Positions 51,850 to 64,000 of a DNA stretch of 64,000 nt are shown piece after piece. The stretch's first letter is position 1. Each line of letters opens with the position of its first letter. Below the pieces are notes generated by a model, which ran no database searches, was not told where the DNA came from, and was given only the letters and a program-made list of their open reading frames with translations. The position numbers were made by a program, and so were the translations under genes. This DNA is from Lama guanicoe (taxonomy: Eukaryota), in assembly GCA_013239625.1 (NCBI GenBank), contig MU054187.1, forward strand, positions 1,425,964 through 1,489,963. Reading direction: 5' to 3'.

Positions 51850-52300
51850 CCTCCCCCTCAAAGAGGTGGACACCCTTGAAGTGGGGTCTACATGCAGTGA
51901 CTTGCATCCCCAAGTGCGGTGGGGAAGAAGGGGAGGGGAGTTAACGGTGGAACGGAGAAACCGGTAGACACACCCTTAGTCAGAAGGTGGAGGTCAATCA
52001 ACATCACTAATCATAAATCGTGTTGGCAGCACGTACCTTTGACACAACGTGTGGAGAATTCCACTGACCTCTTTCCTCTTCCTCCCCAAAACACAGAAGT
52101 CCAGCCTGACCTTGAGAAAACCCCAGACAAACCCAAATTGAGGGACATTTTACCACGTGCCCAAGAAACTGGCTAAAGCCAGGGCAGCCTGAAGAGATAC
52201 AGTGATTAAATAAGACAAAATATTATGGGAAGGACTCTGGAGCAGAAAAACTGGACATTGGGGGAAACAAATACATCCCAACAAAGTTTATTTTAGTTTA
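51850..52300 (+). mobile_element. L1MC/MD-like 3' UTR fragment
   Basis: gagaaaaccccagacaaacccaaattgagggacatttta...ctggagcagaaaaactggacatt. Confidence 0.75.
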
Positions 52301-52349
52301 AAAAACAAGCAAAGATCACTCTGGCTGCTGTATGAAGAGTGACGTTAGG

Positions 52350-52778
52350 GTTATGGGTTTGTCTACACAATGTCCCTCGTCCTCTTCTTCATAATCACCT
52401 AAGTGTTCTTAGCTAAGATCCTGTTTCCCAAACTCCCTGGGGTCCCTATTTACTTGCTAATAGGTTGTAGGCTGGACTGTGTGGAACCTCTGGGAAGTTT
52501 GAGTCAGCGGGGCTGGTCTCACAGTAGCTGGGAAAGTCAGCACCACGGACGGGGCCCCAGCGCCATCGAGGCAGGAACTGAGGGCGGCAGCCTCACCGAG
52601 GACGAGGACGGCGAGGCAGAGAGAAGACGAGCCTGGCTCCCTGACGACGAGGCCACTGCCTCCCAGCCTTGGATAACCTACTTCTGGATGCCTTATTTTG
52701 TGAGAGAAAAGTGAGCCTTTCACGTTGAAGTCGTGCGCTTTCTTGATGCACAGCTGAACCTAACCCTAAATGACACAG
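52350..52778 (+). mobile_element. MLT1 (J/K-like) LTR remnant
   Basis: Ends ...cctacttctggatgccttattttgtgagagaaaa...gcacagctgaacctaaccctaaatgacaca. Confidence 0.6.
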
Positions 52779-53049
52779 GCCTGGGGGGAGGCAGCAAAGC
52801 TAGTCCCAACGGTATTAGCATTTGAGCCATTTGAAATTGCTCTTTCTTTAGGCTAAAAAAAAAAAAAGCAAGCGTTAGCAAAGGAGTATGGCTCAAGCTG
52901 AGCAGTGTTAGCAGCCTAGCAAAGTGGGAGCTGGGCTAGGACACGGAAACGGGGAAAGAGGACAGACTCAGGGTACCTGCTGGACGCCACGTGGGGCCGA
53001 GAGCTGCCTCAGCAACATGAGAAGAGACACCTCTATTGTTCTCACCAGT

Positions 53050-53137
53050 TAGGAAACCCCAAGGCTTTGGGGAGCTCTTGCCAGATACAGGGACAGAGAC
53101 CAAATATGCGTTTCTTACTGTAAATCACAGTATCACA
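53050..53137 (-). mobile_element. MER21-like LTR terminal fragment
   Basis: gggacagagaccaaatatgcgtttcttactgtaaatcacagtatcaca is the reverse of a tgtgat...tgtgattta LTR start. Confidence 0.55.
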
Positions 53138-54779
53138 TATACCGTGATCCACCTTTTTGTTCATAAGACACAATGCTAACAAGAGAAGTACGCCAAATCT
53201 GCAAACTGTGGTATCAATACTGTACACATTTAAATCCACTTGTGTAGAAAAACTACAAAGCACAAGCTATGCCCTAAGGAACAATTTAAAAATTGAAGTC
53301 GTACTATAAATCTTATTTTATTGATTTATGTTACAATGACCCCCTCCCTCCCAGCTTTTCACCGGAGCTGCCAGGCCCCCATGGAACATTTGTTTTGAAA
53401 GATCTCATAGCCACATTTTCTCCAGACATGAAAATACGATGCATATTTCATTTTTTTCATCATCCAGATGGTGAAAGGCGTCACCGTCCAGAACACTGAT
53501 TTTCCCGTCTACACGGAGCACTCAGGCTATCACTTCACTCAGAGTGCCGTAATCCTGGAAAATGATCAGCCTTCACCCTGAGGGCCACGTCACCTTCAGC
53601 GGCAGCAATCTGGGGAAATGTTTTCCAAGTCAGTCACAGCTCTTACGAGGGATGCACTGCTATTCTGCTTGCCCAAAATCCATCATCACTGAATTGGATA
53701 ATTCTATTATGGAACATGAGACACAGCACTTTTCTACCAAAGTGAAACAGTTCTGTTTCAAGTCCGTCCCTGCTCAGTGGCTCAGAGCTGCCCTTTCTGA
53801 CCTGAGCTTCCTCTCCACGTGCCTGTTTCGGGCTCTTCCTGTAAACTTGTTGGCAGTGTGTCTCCTTCATCTTACTTTTCTGCAGTTCGTACCAGGTTCC
53901 TGTTAAACTTTAGCTGCACCAGCCTAACCAGCAAGAACAAGTCAACCTGGACCCTTGGGAGCATCTGTCCAACGGCTCCTCTGGGACGTTGATAACAGCA
54001 CAACATCTGCATGTAGGTAAACTACAACACAATGACCCAAGGTTAAACAATCAGTAAATGTGACCTGTATTCAAATCCGGGTCAGCCAGTTTCCAAAACA
54101 GTATGTTTTCTATTGCGTAACTGATTACAAAATTAATAAATTGTACAGTTTACATTTGCATAAAGAGGTATCTCTTTATTGTTTGAAGTCACTGACTTCA
54201 CAATGCACTGCTCTGCTTCTAACGTACTCCAAGTCAAACACAGTTTAGAACCGTAAGGAGGAAGAAGAACAACGTGTCAGGAATGCCCGCTGTGTGCCAG
54301 GCACTAAGGTAGAAATTTCACAATTTCAATCACTTCCAATCGGCAGCTTCCACCCAGCATTTTCTGGAAAATGCCATTGGTAATTAGGATTTCACAGTAG
54401 GTCCTGTGGATTTAGAAGAGGTCGTCTACCCCAGTGATCCTGCCACAGTGTATAACTTCTCAAATGTTAAATTGAAGGCAATAAATTGGTTTGGCAAGAT
54501 AATTCTATTTGATACATAATAATTTATTTCAATATCTATCAAATAATTTATAATCCCTGCTCGTTAGAGCATCTTAAAGGTTGTAACCAGAATGCTCAGT
54601 TTCCACCCTTTGCTGTATCGTGGGCTTGTCTACTACCGTGTGAGGGACACTCGCTGAGCGCTGGGAAGCCAACAGTGAAGGAGGCAGCGGTGGCCTCACT
54701 CACGCTGGGGCTCCTTTCTCGTGGGTAAACAGGTAATAAATGTAGTCAGTTCATGTTTGCTGCAATAAGGCAAGGCCTT

Positions 54780-55150
54780 TGTTTGTGGGGTCTTCTGTTT
54801 TTTTAAGAAACCTCAGTGTTTCACGTCGCATTTGCCTTTTTGGGTGAAACTGGAATCACAGCTTAGGCTGAGAGTATTCTGTAATTCCTGTCAGTTTTCT
54901 GTCTTGGGGATTTGCTCGTTTCTGCACTGGGTCTTTTTCTCTGGCTGGTAGGAGCTCTTTAATATTAACTAGTAAGTTATCAACATTCTCCTACTTTTTT
55001 CTTTCTTTGTCTTTGCCTCTAGCATGGCCTTTGTTTAATTAGACCATTTGTTTTTGCTTTAATCCAGTTTCCTAACAAAGTAGAAAAAGTGAAAGTCTAG
55101 GCTCCCCACGTCTCTATTTTATGGTTTCTGCCCACATAGATTTAACGTCC
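54780..55150 (-). mobile_element. Old L1 remnant
   Basis: T-rich degraded antisense L1 motifs (gtaggagctctttaatatt; tttatggtttc). Confidence 0.45.
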
Positions 55151-56259
55151 CCGTTGATGAGCAGTGCTGGAAAGCGGGAACTGTCAGAAACCTTCACGAG
55201 GTTTACTACAGAGGACGTGTGGCTTTCTTAATTACTAACCATCACTCAGCCTGTCCTTTCAAGTGCAGCTTCTTCCAAAAAGCTGGTAAATTCTGTTTTA
55301 CTTACATATAAATAAAAGCAATTTATGTCAAACACGTTTTTCATCCGTTAATGACGGACAGAAGAACCATGATAAACAACGCTGATACAACAACATGCCT
55401 TTAACTTAAATTCTTTGATGAAACTGAGAGGAGAGAAATTGAGTGGTTGAAATGCTTATTTTTAAGAGTGCGGGACACTCCATATGTGACGGGAATTATT
55501 CACCTCTATCCTACAGACTCTCTCATCTTAATTTAATCTTGTTGATGCTCTAACGAGTCAAAATTGAAGGAAAATCCTAGTTTGATATTGATACAGATGG
55601 GCCACGATATGGATTAAAAAGAACGTGTGAATCTTTCATTACTAATTTAGTTTATAATCTTACTTTTCCACAAGAAAATCACTCTATGACCAAACAGTCA
55701 ACCAGAAATGTTTGAATGATGCGTCTGAACATACTGCTTTTTTCCTGGAAGCCACCTGCCTGTATCCCTTTGAGAACGTCCAGCAGTCATATTTACTGCA
55801 GTCAACTCTGTGGAGACGCTGTGAATGCTGTTAGCATCAAAGTGCTGTCAACAAAGATGTGAATAAGGAGGAAAAATGAGTTAATAATCAACATGAAAAC
55901 TATGTATTTGAAGAGTCAATAGTAAACCTACATGTAAGTAAACTATCGCTGATAATCTGAACTTGCCCTTCCTCTGATGAGAAATGTCTTAAACTTCTCT
56001 ACCAGCTCTGGCCAGCACAGCTGGAGGAGGTCACCGTAGCAACGCAGGAGAGTCATCCATCGCAGACTCTTCTCTTAGCAATCCCTACTGCACGAGGCAA
56101 CGTGCGTTAATAACAATTGCACAATTTCTCCTCATTTATTTAAGTGAACTCTCTCCTTCAAGCTGCAGAGGGAGGATAATGTCCTTAGAGCTGCAGAGAC
56201 AGTCTCCCGCCAGTTTATTTGAGGTAGGAAGGCAAATTCTATATCAACCTGCACCTGCG

Positions 56260-56585
56260 GGGAGCCCTTCCATGGACCACAACACAGAAGCAGACCCAAA
56301 GCTAAAGTCAAAGGCAAAACTGTCTAATCTCGAGCATTCACAAAAGAAGAATTGCTTCTGCATCTCAGAACGGGCCAAGGCTGCTTCAACAGAGGCCAAA
56401 AAGGCATCAACCGCAAAAGAAAAGATGCATACAAGCCAATGAGACTGTTCAGGGAGTGAGCAGACGAGGAGGAAACTGCTTCAGGGCACGTGCCACTGAG
56501 GAGTCCCGTGTGAGAGCTTACAGTATCGCACTACGGATTTGTGTGCTTTACTGCATACGCTTTTTGCTTCAATATAAAAGAAAAG
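56260..56585 (+). mobile_element. Old L1 remnant
   Basis: aaagtcaaaggcaaaactgtctaatctc...; ends tttgtgtgctttactgcatac...ttcaatataaaag. Confidence 0.45.
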
Positions 56586-56937
56586 AAAAGTAGTTCAGGG
56601 TCTGAAGTTCTGCAGAATTTAATATTGAAAAGATACACAGGTTTCAATGCCAGTACGATTTAGATACTGTCTTATGTACGTCCCATTGAAAGAGAATAAA
56701 TTACGGTCTTGCATCTGTAGAACTAACAATGAGCCCATGCGGTAAACGTCACATTGAGTGGCCTAAGAGAGGGACAGACTTCTTCAGAGAAAGTGACTTT
56801 CAATTAATGTACAAAAAAGTTCTTCAATATGCAAGAATTATCATTATTTTTGACCCTGTGTAACATTTTATGCAGAAAAAATGTGAACCACTTGCTCAGT
56901 ATAGCTTTGCTGGACTGATTTCTGACATGAGAGCAGT

Positions 56938-57459
56938 TGTCGTAGGAAGAGCAAGTCTGACTCCACATGAGATTTGTTCCTTCAGCTCCAACCCCGGGCT
57001 CTGCTTCCTGGGCTCAGTCACGCTGGTTCTGCACCTTTTGTAAAAAAATGTTGCCTCGGGCGTGAAATATACAGAACGCCCATTCTCAAGGCCCTGGTCT
57101 TTAAGGGTGTAACACTTCCCATCCACACAGAGATAAAAAAGCTGCAGAACAGAGAGTGACATTGGTCTTGTTGGAGGTGTTACAGGGCCTCATGACCTGA
57201 CCTATGGGGACAGCTACAAGAACAAAGGATTCCAACACCAAGAAGTTTGCATCAACCAACCGCATGCACCCTCTCCCCTTTTTAGTATAAAAGGACCCTG
57301 AATTCTGACTTGAGGAAGATGGTTCTCCAGGACATGCGTCCCCCATCTCCTTGGTCTGCTGGCTCTCTGAATAAAGTCATTATTCCTTGCACCAACAACT
57401 CGTCTCCCAGTTTACTGGCCTGTGGTGCAGGGAGCAGAACGAGTTTGGACTAGGTCACA
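56938..57459 (+). mobile_element. Full-length ERV1-type (MER41-like) solo LTR
   Basis: TG...CA termini; 4-bp TSD cagt (56934-56937, 57460-57463); TATAAAA 57286-57292; AATAAA 57370-57375. Confidence 0.9.
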
Positions 57460-58547
57460 CAGTGAGTATTTAGTAATTTATTAAATATTTATTTTGCGTT
57501 GACTTTGTGAAAAGCACTCTGCTCGCTATCTGTGTTGCTAGGAAAATCAGCAGGACTATGTGGACACAATTCCAATCCTTGTAAAACAGCGTAGACACGT
57601 AAGCCCACACACACTGAGTCAAAACTTGACATAAAAACTTTAATCCTGTTTCACACATGATCCTTGTTCTGGTACTTATTTTTACTGAGCCAATAATCAC
57701 ACGCTAAAGAGTCGGGTATATAACCTCATATGTTAATGGTGATGAGTGACGCCAGTCATAAAGTAAGCAATAAACAACCTCCTTGATGACAATCGCATTT
57801 CCCAAACATCACTGCAGTAATACACTGATGCGAGAATATTATTATAAAATAAAGGAGAAAAACGTCTATTTGTATGTGGTAAAACTGGGCCAAATGGTAC
57901 AGTTTCACATCTCATTATAATAAGGGACTTGGATATTTTAATAGAATTGTAAAGTAAGACAGAAAAATATACTTTTATCCAAGTGAAAAGAAAATGAAGA
58001 AAATTTTGTCATTTTGTTTTTATGAGATGAGAATCCACTTATATTTTAGATTTTTTTCTATTTAAAACAGAATAGAAAAAAATGCACGTTGTCCAAGCTC
58101 ATTCATTCTTTGAGAGAAGCTGTAAGCTCTCGGTGGGGAATGCAGTCGCCCAGGGGCGACCTTCCAGAAAATATAAGCCCACCTCGGCTCCACCCCTCCC
58201 TCACACCTCCCTTTGGCCAAACCCAGCCCCAAGCCGCAGGGCGAGGGACCCACTGCCGCCACCCCACGGTCAGCCTCCCGGGACAGAGCTGGTGGGGGGA
58301 GGGGGTCCGAGAGGACAAAGAAGGAAGACGCCCCCCCGTACTGCCAGGTCCCCATCATTCCTTTTCAAGATCTGAGCCAGCATTTTCCAGAGCCAGACGA
58401 GACCGTCTGCAGTCAAGGGTACGACTTCTCCTTTCAGCTGTCTGGTTCCTTTTTTGGTGAAAACAATCTAATGAATTAGGTCAAGAGAATGCCATCAGGT
58501 AAATCTGGATGTATGCAATAAAGTCTTAGCAAGCAGAGACGTTCGAG

Positions 58548-58715
58548 TAAAGAGGTTAAGAGCTTGGACTTGGATTCACCTGGATGCTAATCTGTGACCC
58601 GGTGTCCTCACATCCAAAATTACATTACTCACACCTACCTCACCAGATGTGTGAGGGTTAAGTGAAATAACTCATGTAAAGCTTTTGGCAGGAGTCCTGA
58701 CACACAGTGAATGGC
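58548..58715 (+). mobile_element. MIR
   Basis: gaggttaagagcttggacttgga...ctgtgacc...acctacctcaccagatgtgtgagggttaagtgaaataactcatgtaaagct. Confidence 0.75.
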
Positions 58716-59309
58716 AGCTAATTGATGTAAGACACTTACGTTACAGTGGATTGAGGAATGCCGTGCACTTCTCAGGTCGGTGTGGAACAGGTGCCCCTGG
58801 GCTAACCTTGAGATACATGAGGAAATGAGAAGTTCTGAAAAAGGAGTTAATCAAAGAGATCGGTCAAGCTAAGGACCGCAGAGGAGTGATTTAGAGCAAG
58901 CACGCTCGGAGCAGATGGAAATTTGAGTCCCTGGAATCTTTCTCTAACCATGATTAATGAACATGGCGAGTGTAATATGAAATGGAAAATTGATTAGAGA
59001 TCACTGGGAAGCCTTTTTAGCCGTCAGGAGGACTCAGTCCAGCTACGAGGACGTCAGAAATAATGAATGAGAACAGCGTTAAGAGGAATCACATTCCAGG
59101 GAAGAATTTATTTGCCTCCAAAATTGCACATGCATGGAGCACACTGCCCATTGCTTCATTCTGAATCGCCTTTCTCCCAGTCAGGCAAAACACTCTTAAA
59201 ATCACTAAGAATAACAAAATCCCACATAACCACAGTGTCAGGAAACAGAGAAGAACAGAATCTTCAAATAGAAGCAGACACAAAAAAACAAAAGTCCAGC
59301 AGACAGCCA

Positions 59310-59736
59310 CGTTGCCGAGTCCAGACTCGTTCTGCTCACCCCATGACAGGCCAGTGAACTGGGAGATGAGATGCTGGGGAAAGGAATAATGCCTGTATTT
59401 GGAAAGATAGCAGAATGAGAAGATGGCAGACTCATGTCCTGGAGAATCAGCTTCCCCGAGTCAGAATTCAGGCTCCTTTTATACTGAAAAGGTGTGGTTA
59501 GCTGTTGCAAAGTTCTTGGTGTCAGAATCCTTTGTTCTTCTAGCTGTCCAGGTAGGTAAGGTCATGAGGTTCCCGTAAACTTCCAACAAGACAAATGTTA
59601 TTTTCTGTTCTGCAATTTTTTTATCTTTATATGAATGGAAAAGCATTACACTCTTAAACGTCAGAGCCTTGAAGATGGGCTCTCCTGTATATTTCAGGCT
59701 GTAGGCAACATTCTTACATAAAAGGTGCAGAATCAG
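59310..59736 (-). mobile_element. Second, 5'-truncated solo LTR of the same family as 56938-57459, inverted
   Basis: Reverse complement aligns throughout with 57023-57459 (e.g. agaacaaaggattc, tataaaagga, ctgaattctgact, gagcagaacgagt); TATAAAA on minus at 59477-59483. Confidence 0.9.
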
Positions 59737-60769
59737 TAAATAATGTATTAACTTGAGCCAATCTGAAAAGTAAGTTATCTTTTAAATTTTTTTTCCTCAT
59801 GTAAATTAATGCTACTTGTGGGAAAATATTGATTTGATTCAGTCAGAAAACACTTGTAATGTTAATGAAAACTGGACCATCTGCAGATTAAACATAGCAA
59901 ATAAATTACTTCATGATGTGTCGAGCACAGTGCGAGTATCGATGCTAAATCCTGTTTTCCATCATTGCTGCAAAATGTCATTAAAAGTATTTGTGAATTC
60001 AAAATGATTAAATCTTTTGACCTATACAAACGAAATAATCCCTGAAGACACGGCATCAAAATTCTAATTTTCCTTCAGACTGTTGTGCATTGGAGGATGA
60101 TAATGAATTCATTAGTTTTTTTTACACAATAAAGTTCATCTTGACTTTGCATTCTATTTTAATAACTTGAAGAGTTCAAGAGCTACATTCGATCTTATGA
60201 TAATTTTGCTTGAGATGTTATCTTGAAAAGTTTCCTCAAACTCCCATTTGCAAATACACAGCCTAAGATGTCGCAAGTATATTTAAAGGTAAAAGTAGGA
60301 AAAATGCAATCATCACAAGCAAAAGCACTGAAAATAAACACAAGGGTGTGTCTGCCGAGCCTCTTTATCTTATCTTCTTATCACCTTGGCCTCTTCTTCA
60401 TGTGGAAACACTAACGTGAAACCAAATGCTTCTGTCCCTAAGCCCCTGTAACGCCCCTCTGTAAATAGTTTATTCAGACTAGAGCAGGTAGTTCCTGTGC
60501 TCAGCTGTGAACTGTTCTGAAACCTTTTCTTCACAGGCCACTCACCCAATTCTAACAGTTCACAATTATCATTCTTTAGGTGAAAGCTTTAAAATATACC
60601 CGTTAAAACACAGATGACTTCACTGGCCGTGAGGAGGGGTGCAGAGAGGACACACAGAGGAGACTAGATTCATTCAACAGTCCCAAAATACTTTTGAAGG
60701 ATTGTAGGGCATATGAATAATTTTCATTCATCACATTTGGCCAAACGTGTTTGATCACTTCTTCAAGAC

Positions 60770-61075
60770 CTCACTTAATTCCACGTCCACTTATCCATTC
60801 ACACCATAAATAGTCATTTCCTGCTGGGGACCAGGCACTGTCCTTGGCATAGTAGCCGCTGAGGCACACGCACCAGCAGGGCATCCTTCCTGGCTCCGCC
60901 CTGCAGGGCATCTTTAGTTCTCCCACAGTTCTCACAACGGGTACCACCTAGCGGTCACGGTCTGCACTGCCTTGTATTGTGTATTGCATGTGACATCCGC
61001 CTCCTCTGCTGGAGAGTGACAGCTCCTGCAGGGGGATGGTCTCATTCTGCATAGAACACTGAGCAGTGTCTGATT
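60770..61075. mobile_element. L2-like remnants
   Basis: ccattcacaccataaatag...ccaggcactgtccttggc; ctggagagtgacagctcctgcagggg. Confidence 0.4.
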
Positions 61076-61123
61076 GTGAAGGTGATGGGGTTGCCGATGG
61101 ACTGGAATTTAAAACTGTGTTGT

Positions 61124-61231
61124 GGGGGGGTGGGTATAGCTCAGTTCGTAGAGCGCATGCTTAGCATGTGCGAGATCATGTGTTCAATCCCCGTACCTCC
61201 ATTAAAAAAAAAAAAGTAAAATCAATAAAAT
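61124..61231 (+). mobile_element. tRNA-Ala-derived SINE (camelid Vic-1 type)
   Basis: gggtatagctcagttcgtagagcgcatgcttagcatgtgcgagatcatgtgttcaatccccgtacctcca resembles tRNA-Ala(AGC) with a degenerate B box; poly-A tail; TSD aaaa(c/a)tgtgttgt at 61111-61123 and 61232-61244; ttt/aaaa L1 endonuclease site. Confidence 0.9.
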
Positions 61232-61624
61232 AAAAATGTGTTGTGTGCATGTGTATCCTTCAGCTTCCAATTCATGTGCAGTGTCTCCCTGCTGTACTTC
61301 CCAGTGCCTTACTGGGGCTGACTGGCTGATTACCCAGTGACAAATGGAACTGATTTCAGCATACCCTGATATATTTTTTAAAATACGGCAATGTTCCAAA
61401 ATCCAGTTTTCCAATTCCCAACATGAGGGACTATTTTCATAACAGATTTATTTCAGAGACTTTTAAAATATTGATTTTGGGGGAGGAAAAGATGAATTAA
61501 GAAAGAGCACGATCTCTAGAGTGAAAACCTACTGGGTTTAAGCTCTAGCTGCAAGGATTCATTCACAAAATAGTGTCTTAACAGCACTGTTTACTTAGCA
61601 CCGACTACACGCTACAAAGACATG

Positions 61625-62045
61625 CAAGGTGGTGACTCGTTGTGGTTGTGACTGCATCTCTGAAAATTAGTGATGTTGAGCATTTTTAGACACTTGTTGA
61701 ATCTTTATATGTCTTTTTTGGGGGGAAAATGTCTATTTGGGTCTTTTGCCCATTTTTTCAGTTGGGTATTTGATTCTTTTGCTATTAAGTTGCAGGAGTT
61801 GCTTATGTATTTTGGATATTAACCCCTTACTGGATATCTGGCTTACAAACGTCCTCTTGCATCCCACAGGTCACCTTTGCATTTTGTTGATTGTTTCCTT
61901 TGTCACGTAGAAACTTTTTAGTTTGATGTAGCCCCACTTCTCTATTTTTGCTTTCTTTGCCTGTGCTTTTGGTGTCAAATCAAAAAAAAAAAAAATCATT
62001 GCAAAGGTCAGTGTCAAGGAGCTGTTCCCCCACGCTTTCTCCTTG
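61625..62045 (-). mobile_element. L1MA-like ORF2-end fragment
   Basis: aattagtgatgttgagcatttt...tttggatattaacccctta...aaactttttagtttgatgtagccccactt. Confidence 0.9.
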
Positions 62046-64000
62046 CTGGACACCTTTAGTATATACAATTTTTATACGTCAATCATACTCCAATAAAGCT
62101 GGGGAAAGTAAAGGAAGAAATTATGCATCGAGACTGAAAAAAATGTGCAAGACACTGAGGTCATAATTGTGAAAATATAGACCCTTTTCAACGCACTCAG
62201 GGTCTAGGAACAGCTAAATAAACCATCCACCAGCAGCGTGAAGCACAGCCTCGACGTTTGCGCAGGAAGCGAAGGAAACGCGTCGGGAGCACATCTGCTC
62301 TGCCTGGCAGGACGGGGAGGACTGGGGAGGGGTCTCTGGCGATAAATCGAGAGGAATCAGCCGGGAGGGGGAAGGTAAAAGGTAAGGGAAGTGTTCCGGG
62401 CAGAAGAAACAGGGAAGGCCCACCAGCGACAAGGAGGGCAGCTTGCTGATGACACTGACGTGACTTCACGCGTCCCACCTTGAAACAGGCTGAGCCGTGC
62501 ACACTCGCCTCACCGGGGCTCATCTGCAGAGATCAGATGAGACGAAAATGCACAGAGTGTATGAGAAGACAGGCGTCCCTACCTTCACTGGGGCGGCTTC
62601 AGTTTACAGTAAAGACTTATTTTTAAATTATTATTTGATTGATTTAATTTATTGACATACAAGTGAAGATAATCTGAAGTTATTAAATGCAATCTATAAG
62701 CATTATTCTACAAACGTACTACATTTTACCAAGTTATGTACAAGGGTTTTCGTATCTTAGATAATTAAAACCCTTTATACGTTATAAACATTATAAATTT
62801 AACATATCCAATTTCCTAAGTGCCTAATTGTCTAACAAACAAAATGCTTCCAGTTACTAAATAAGTCTTATAAATCTAATGAGTTACACTCCTAAAGTTG
62901 ATATATTCTCAGCGCTTTTAAATATTGCAATATGGCTTAAAATCTTAGTGAAAATTCCTCTTTATCTTTCAATCGTAAGTATTAAGATAACTAGTCTTTC
63001 TATATATTTCAAATAGAAAATAAGGTTATCTGTTAGGCCTCTAACCTCCCAAATTCTTTTAAGCATGACAAATACAGTGAGCGATATGAAATGTCTGCAG
63101 TTGTTCAAATGCAAAAGAATATTCAGAAAATGGGTTCAATTTTCTACGTAACTTTTTATATTTAATTCTATTTTTTCTGGAATTCATAGCCAGCACGCTT
63201 ATCCAGCAACAGTCACGCCACCCGAACAAACCCCGATTCTCTTTCCAGGACTTCTGCGTCACCCGTAGAGGGGTTTGGCTGGGAAGATGGCTCGGGTCTG
63301 GCCCAAGAGACTGAGCAAACGCAGGGAGCCCTGCTGCCCCGAGCACAAGGCCCCCTACCCACCGCGGACAGCAGGGCCTACAGAGTCGTCTGACTTAAGT
63401 CTGAAACCTACTGGCCAGAGCTCACCATCCGCTGACTGAATCAAACCCACGCATTTACTGCTTAATGCTGTTCTCCAAGGGTACTCCTCTCCTCCCCACC
63501 ATTTCTTTAGCTATTTCCCTGGCAGCCCTGTGAGCCTGTCACCTCACTCACACCCCCGACACTGGTCAGTGCCTGGTGCTGCCCTGGGCACCGACGCACG
63601 GCCAACGCACGTAAGTCTCATTCTCTCAGGGGCTGGCAGGCTCCGGGGTTCGTGTCCCACGAGGACGTAGATGGAGAATTAAACAAGACGGAAGAGTAAC
63701 TGGGTGACTCCTTTCATGAGTTGGTCAAATACGCCCTTTTCAAAAGAAAATGAGCAAAATCTATAAAACTGAGGGAGGACTGCTTCCTGGAGAGAAGGGA
63801 CAGCCAGTGAGATGGGACTGAACACAACGTATGTAAGCGTCTGAAAGTCAGTCAGGAACACAGCAGATGACGGAGAGAAGGGTCAGAGATGTGCCCACGG
63901 CCAGATCTCGCAAACACTTTTAGGTAAAGATGAATTTGGGGTAAGAAGTCATCAGAGTTTTAAGCAAGGGTGTGGTGGTCACATTAAAAAACAAACAACT

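Noticed and set aside
61129..61201. Functional tRNA-Ala gene
   Set aside because: Mutated stems and B box, poly-A tail and TSD show it is a retroposed SINE
61625..62108. Twin-primed (5'-inverted) L1
   Set aside because: The minus fragment abuts a short + L1 terminus, but there is no convincing TSD and a large gap in L1 coordinates; could be two independent fragments
1..64000. Prokaryotic systems (CRISPR arrays, operons, defence islands), rRNA, or intact ERV/L1 ORFs
   Set aside because: The sequence is mammalian and repeat-laden; no regularly spaced repeats, rRNA or intact gag/pol/env/ORF2 seen

Overview
Mammalian genomic DNA, most likely a camelid: it carries a tRNA-Ala-derived Vic-1-type SINE and artiodactyl-type L1 3' ends. 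I recognise no protein-coding gene. The listed ORFs are best explained as chance GC-rich or repeat-derived frames, so the window looks intergenic or deep-intronic. It is patchily GC/CpG-rich, as in subtelomeric regions. It contains old L1 fragments, younger L1 3' ends (several with visible TSDs), MLT1/MLT2 and ERV1-type solo LTRs, MIR/L2 remnants, microsatellites, several CpG-island-like segments and homeodomain-motif-rich blocks that may be enhancers. The most unusual structure is a locally triplicated module at about 12.65-15.5 kb. It has one inverted and one direct (~1.41 kb period) copy of a segment I cannot assign to a known repeat, with TATA boxes, outward-facing splice donors and a codon-like substitution pattern. 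Other items of note are a dense MYB-motif cluster at 26.77 kb, a convergent inverted pair of related LTRs, a tiny L1 insertion with an apparent 3' transduction, a candidate 21-nt microexon, and strongly GC-shifted L1 copies. Repeat family names come from recognition by eye and their boundaries are approximate.
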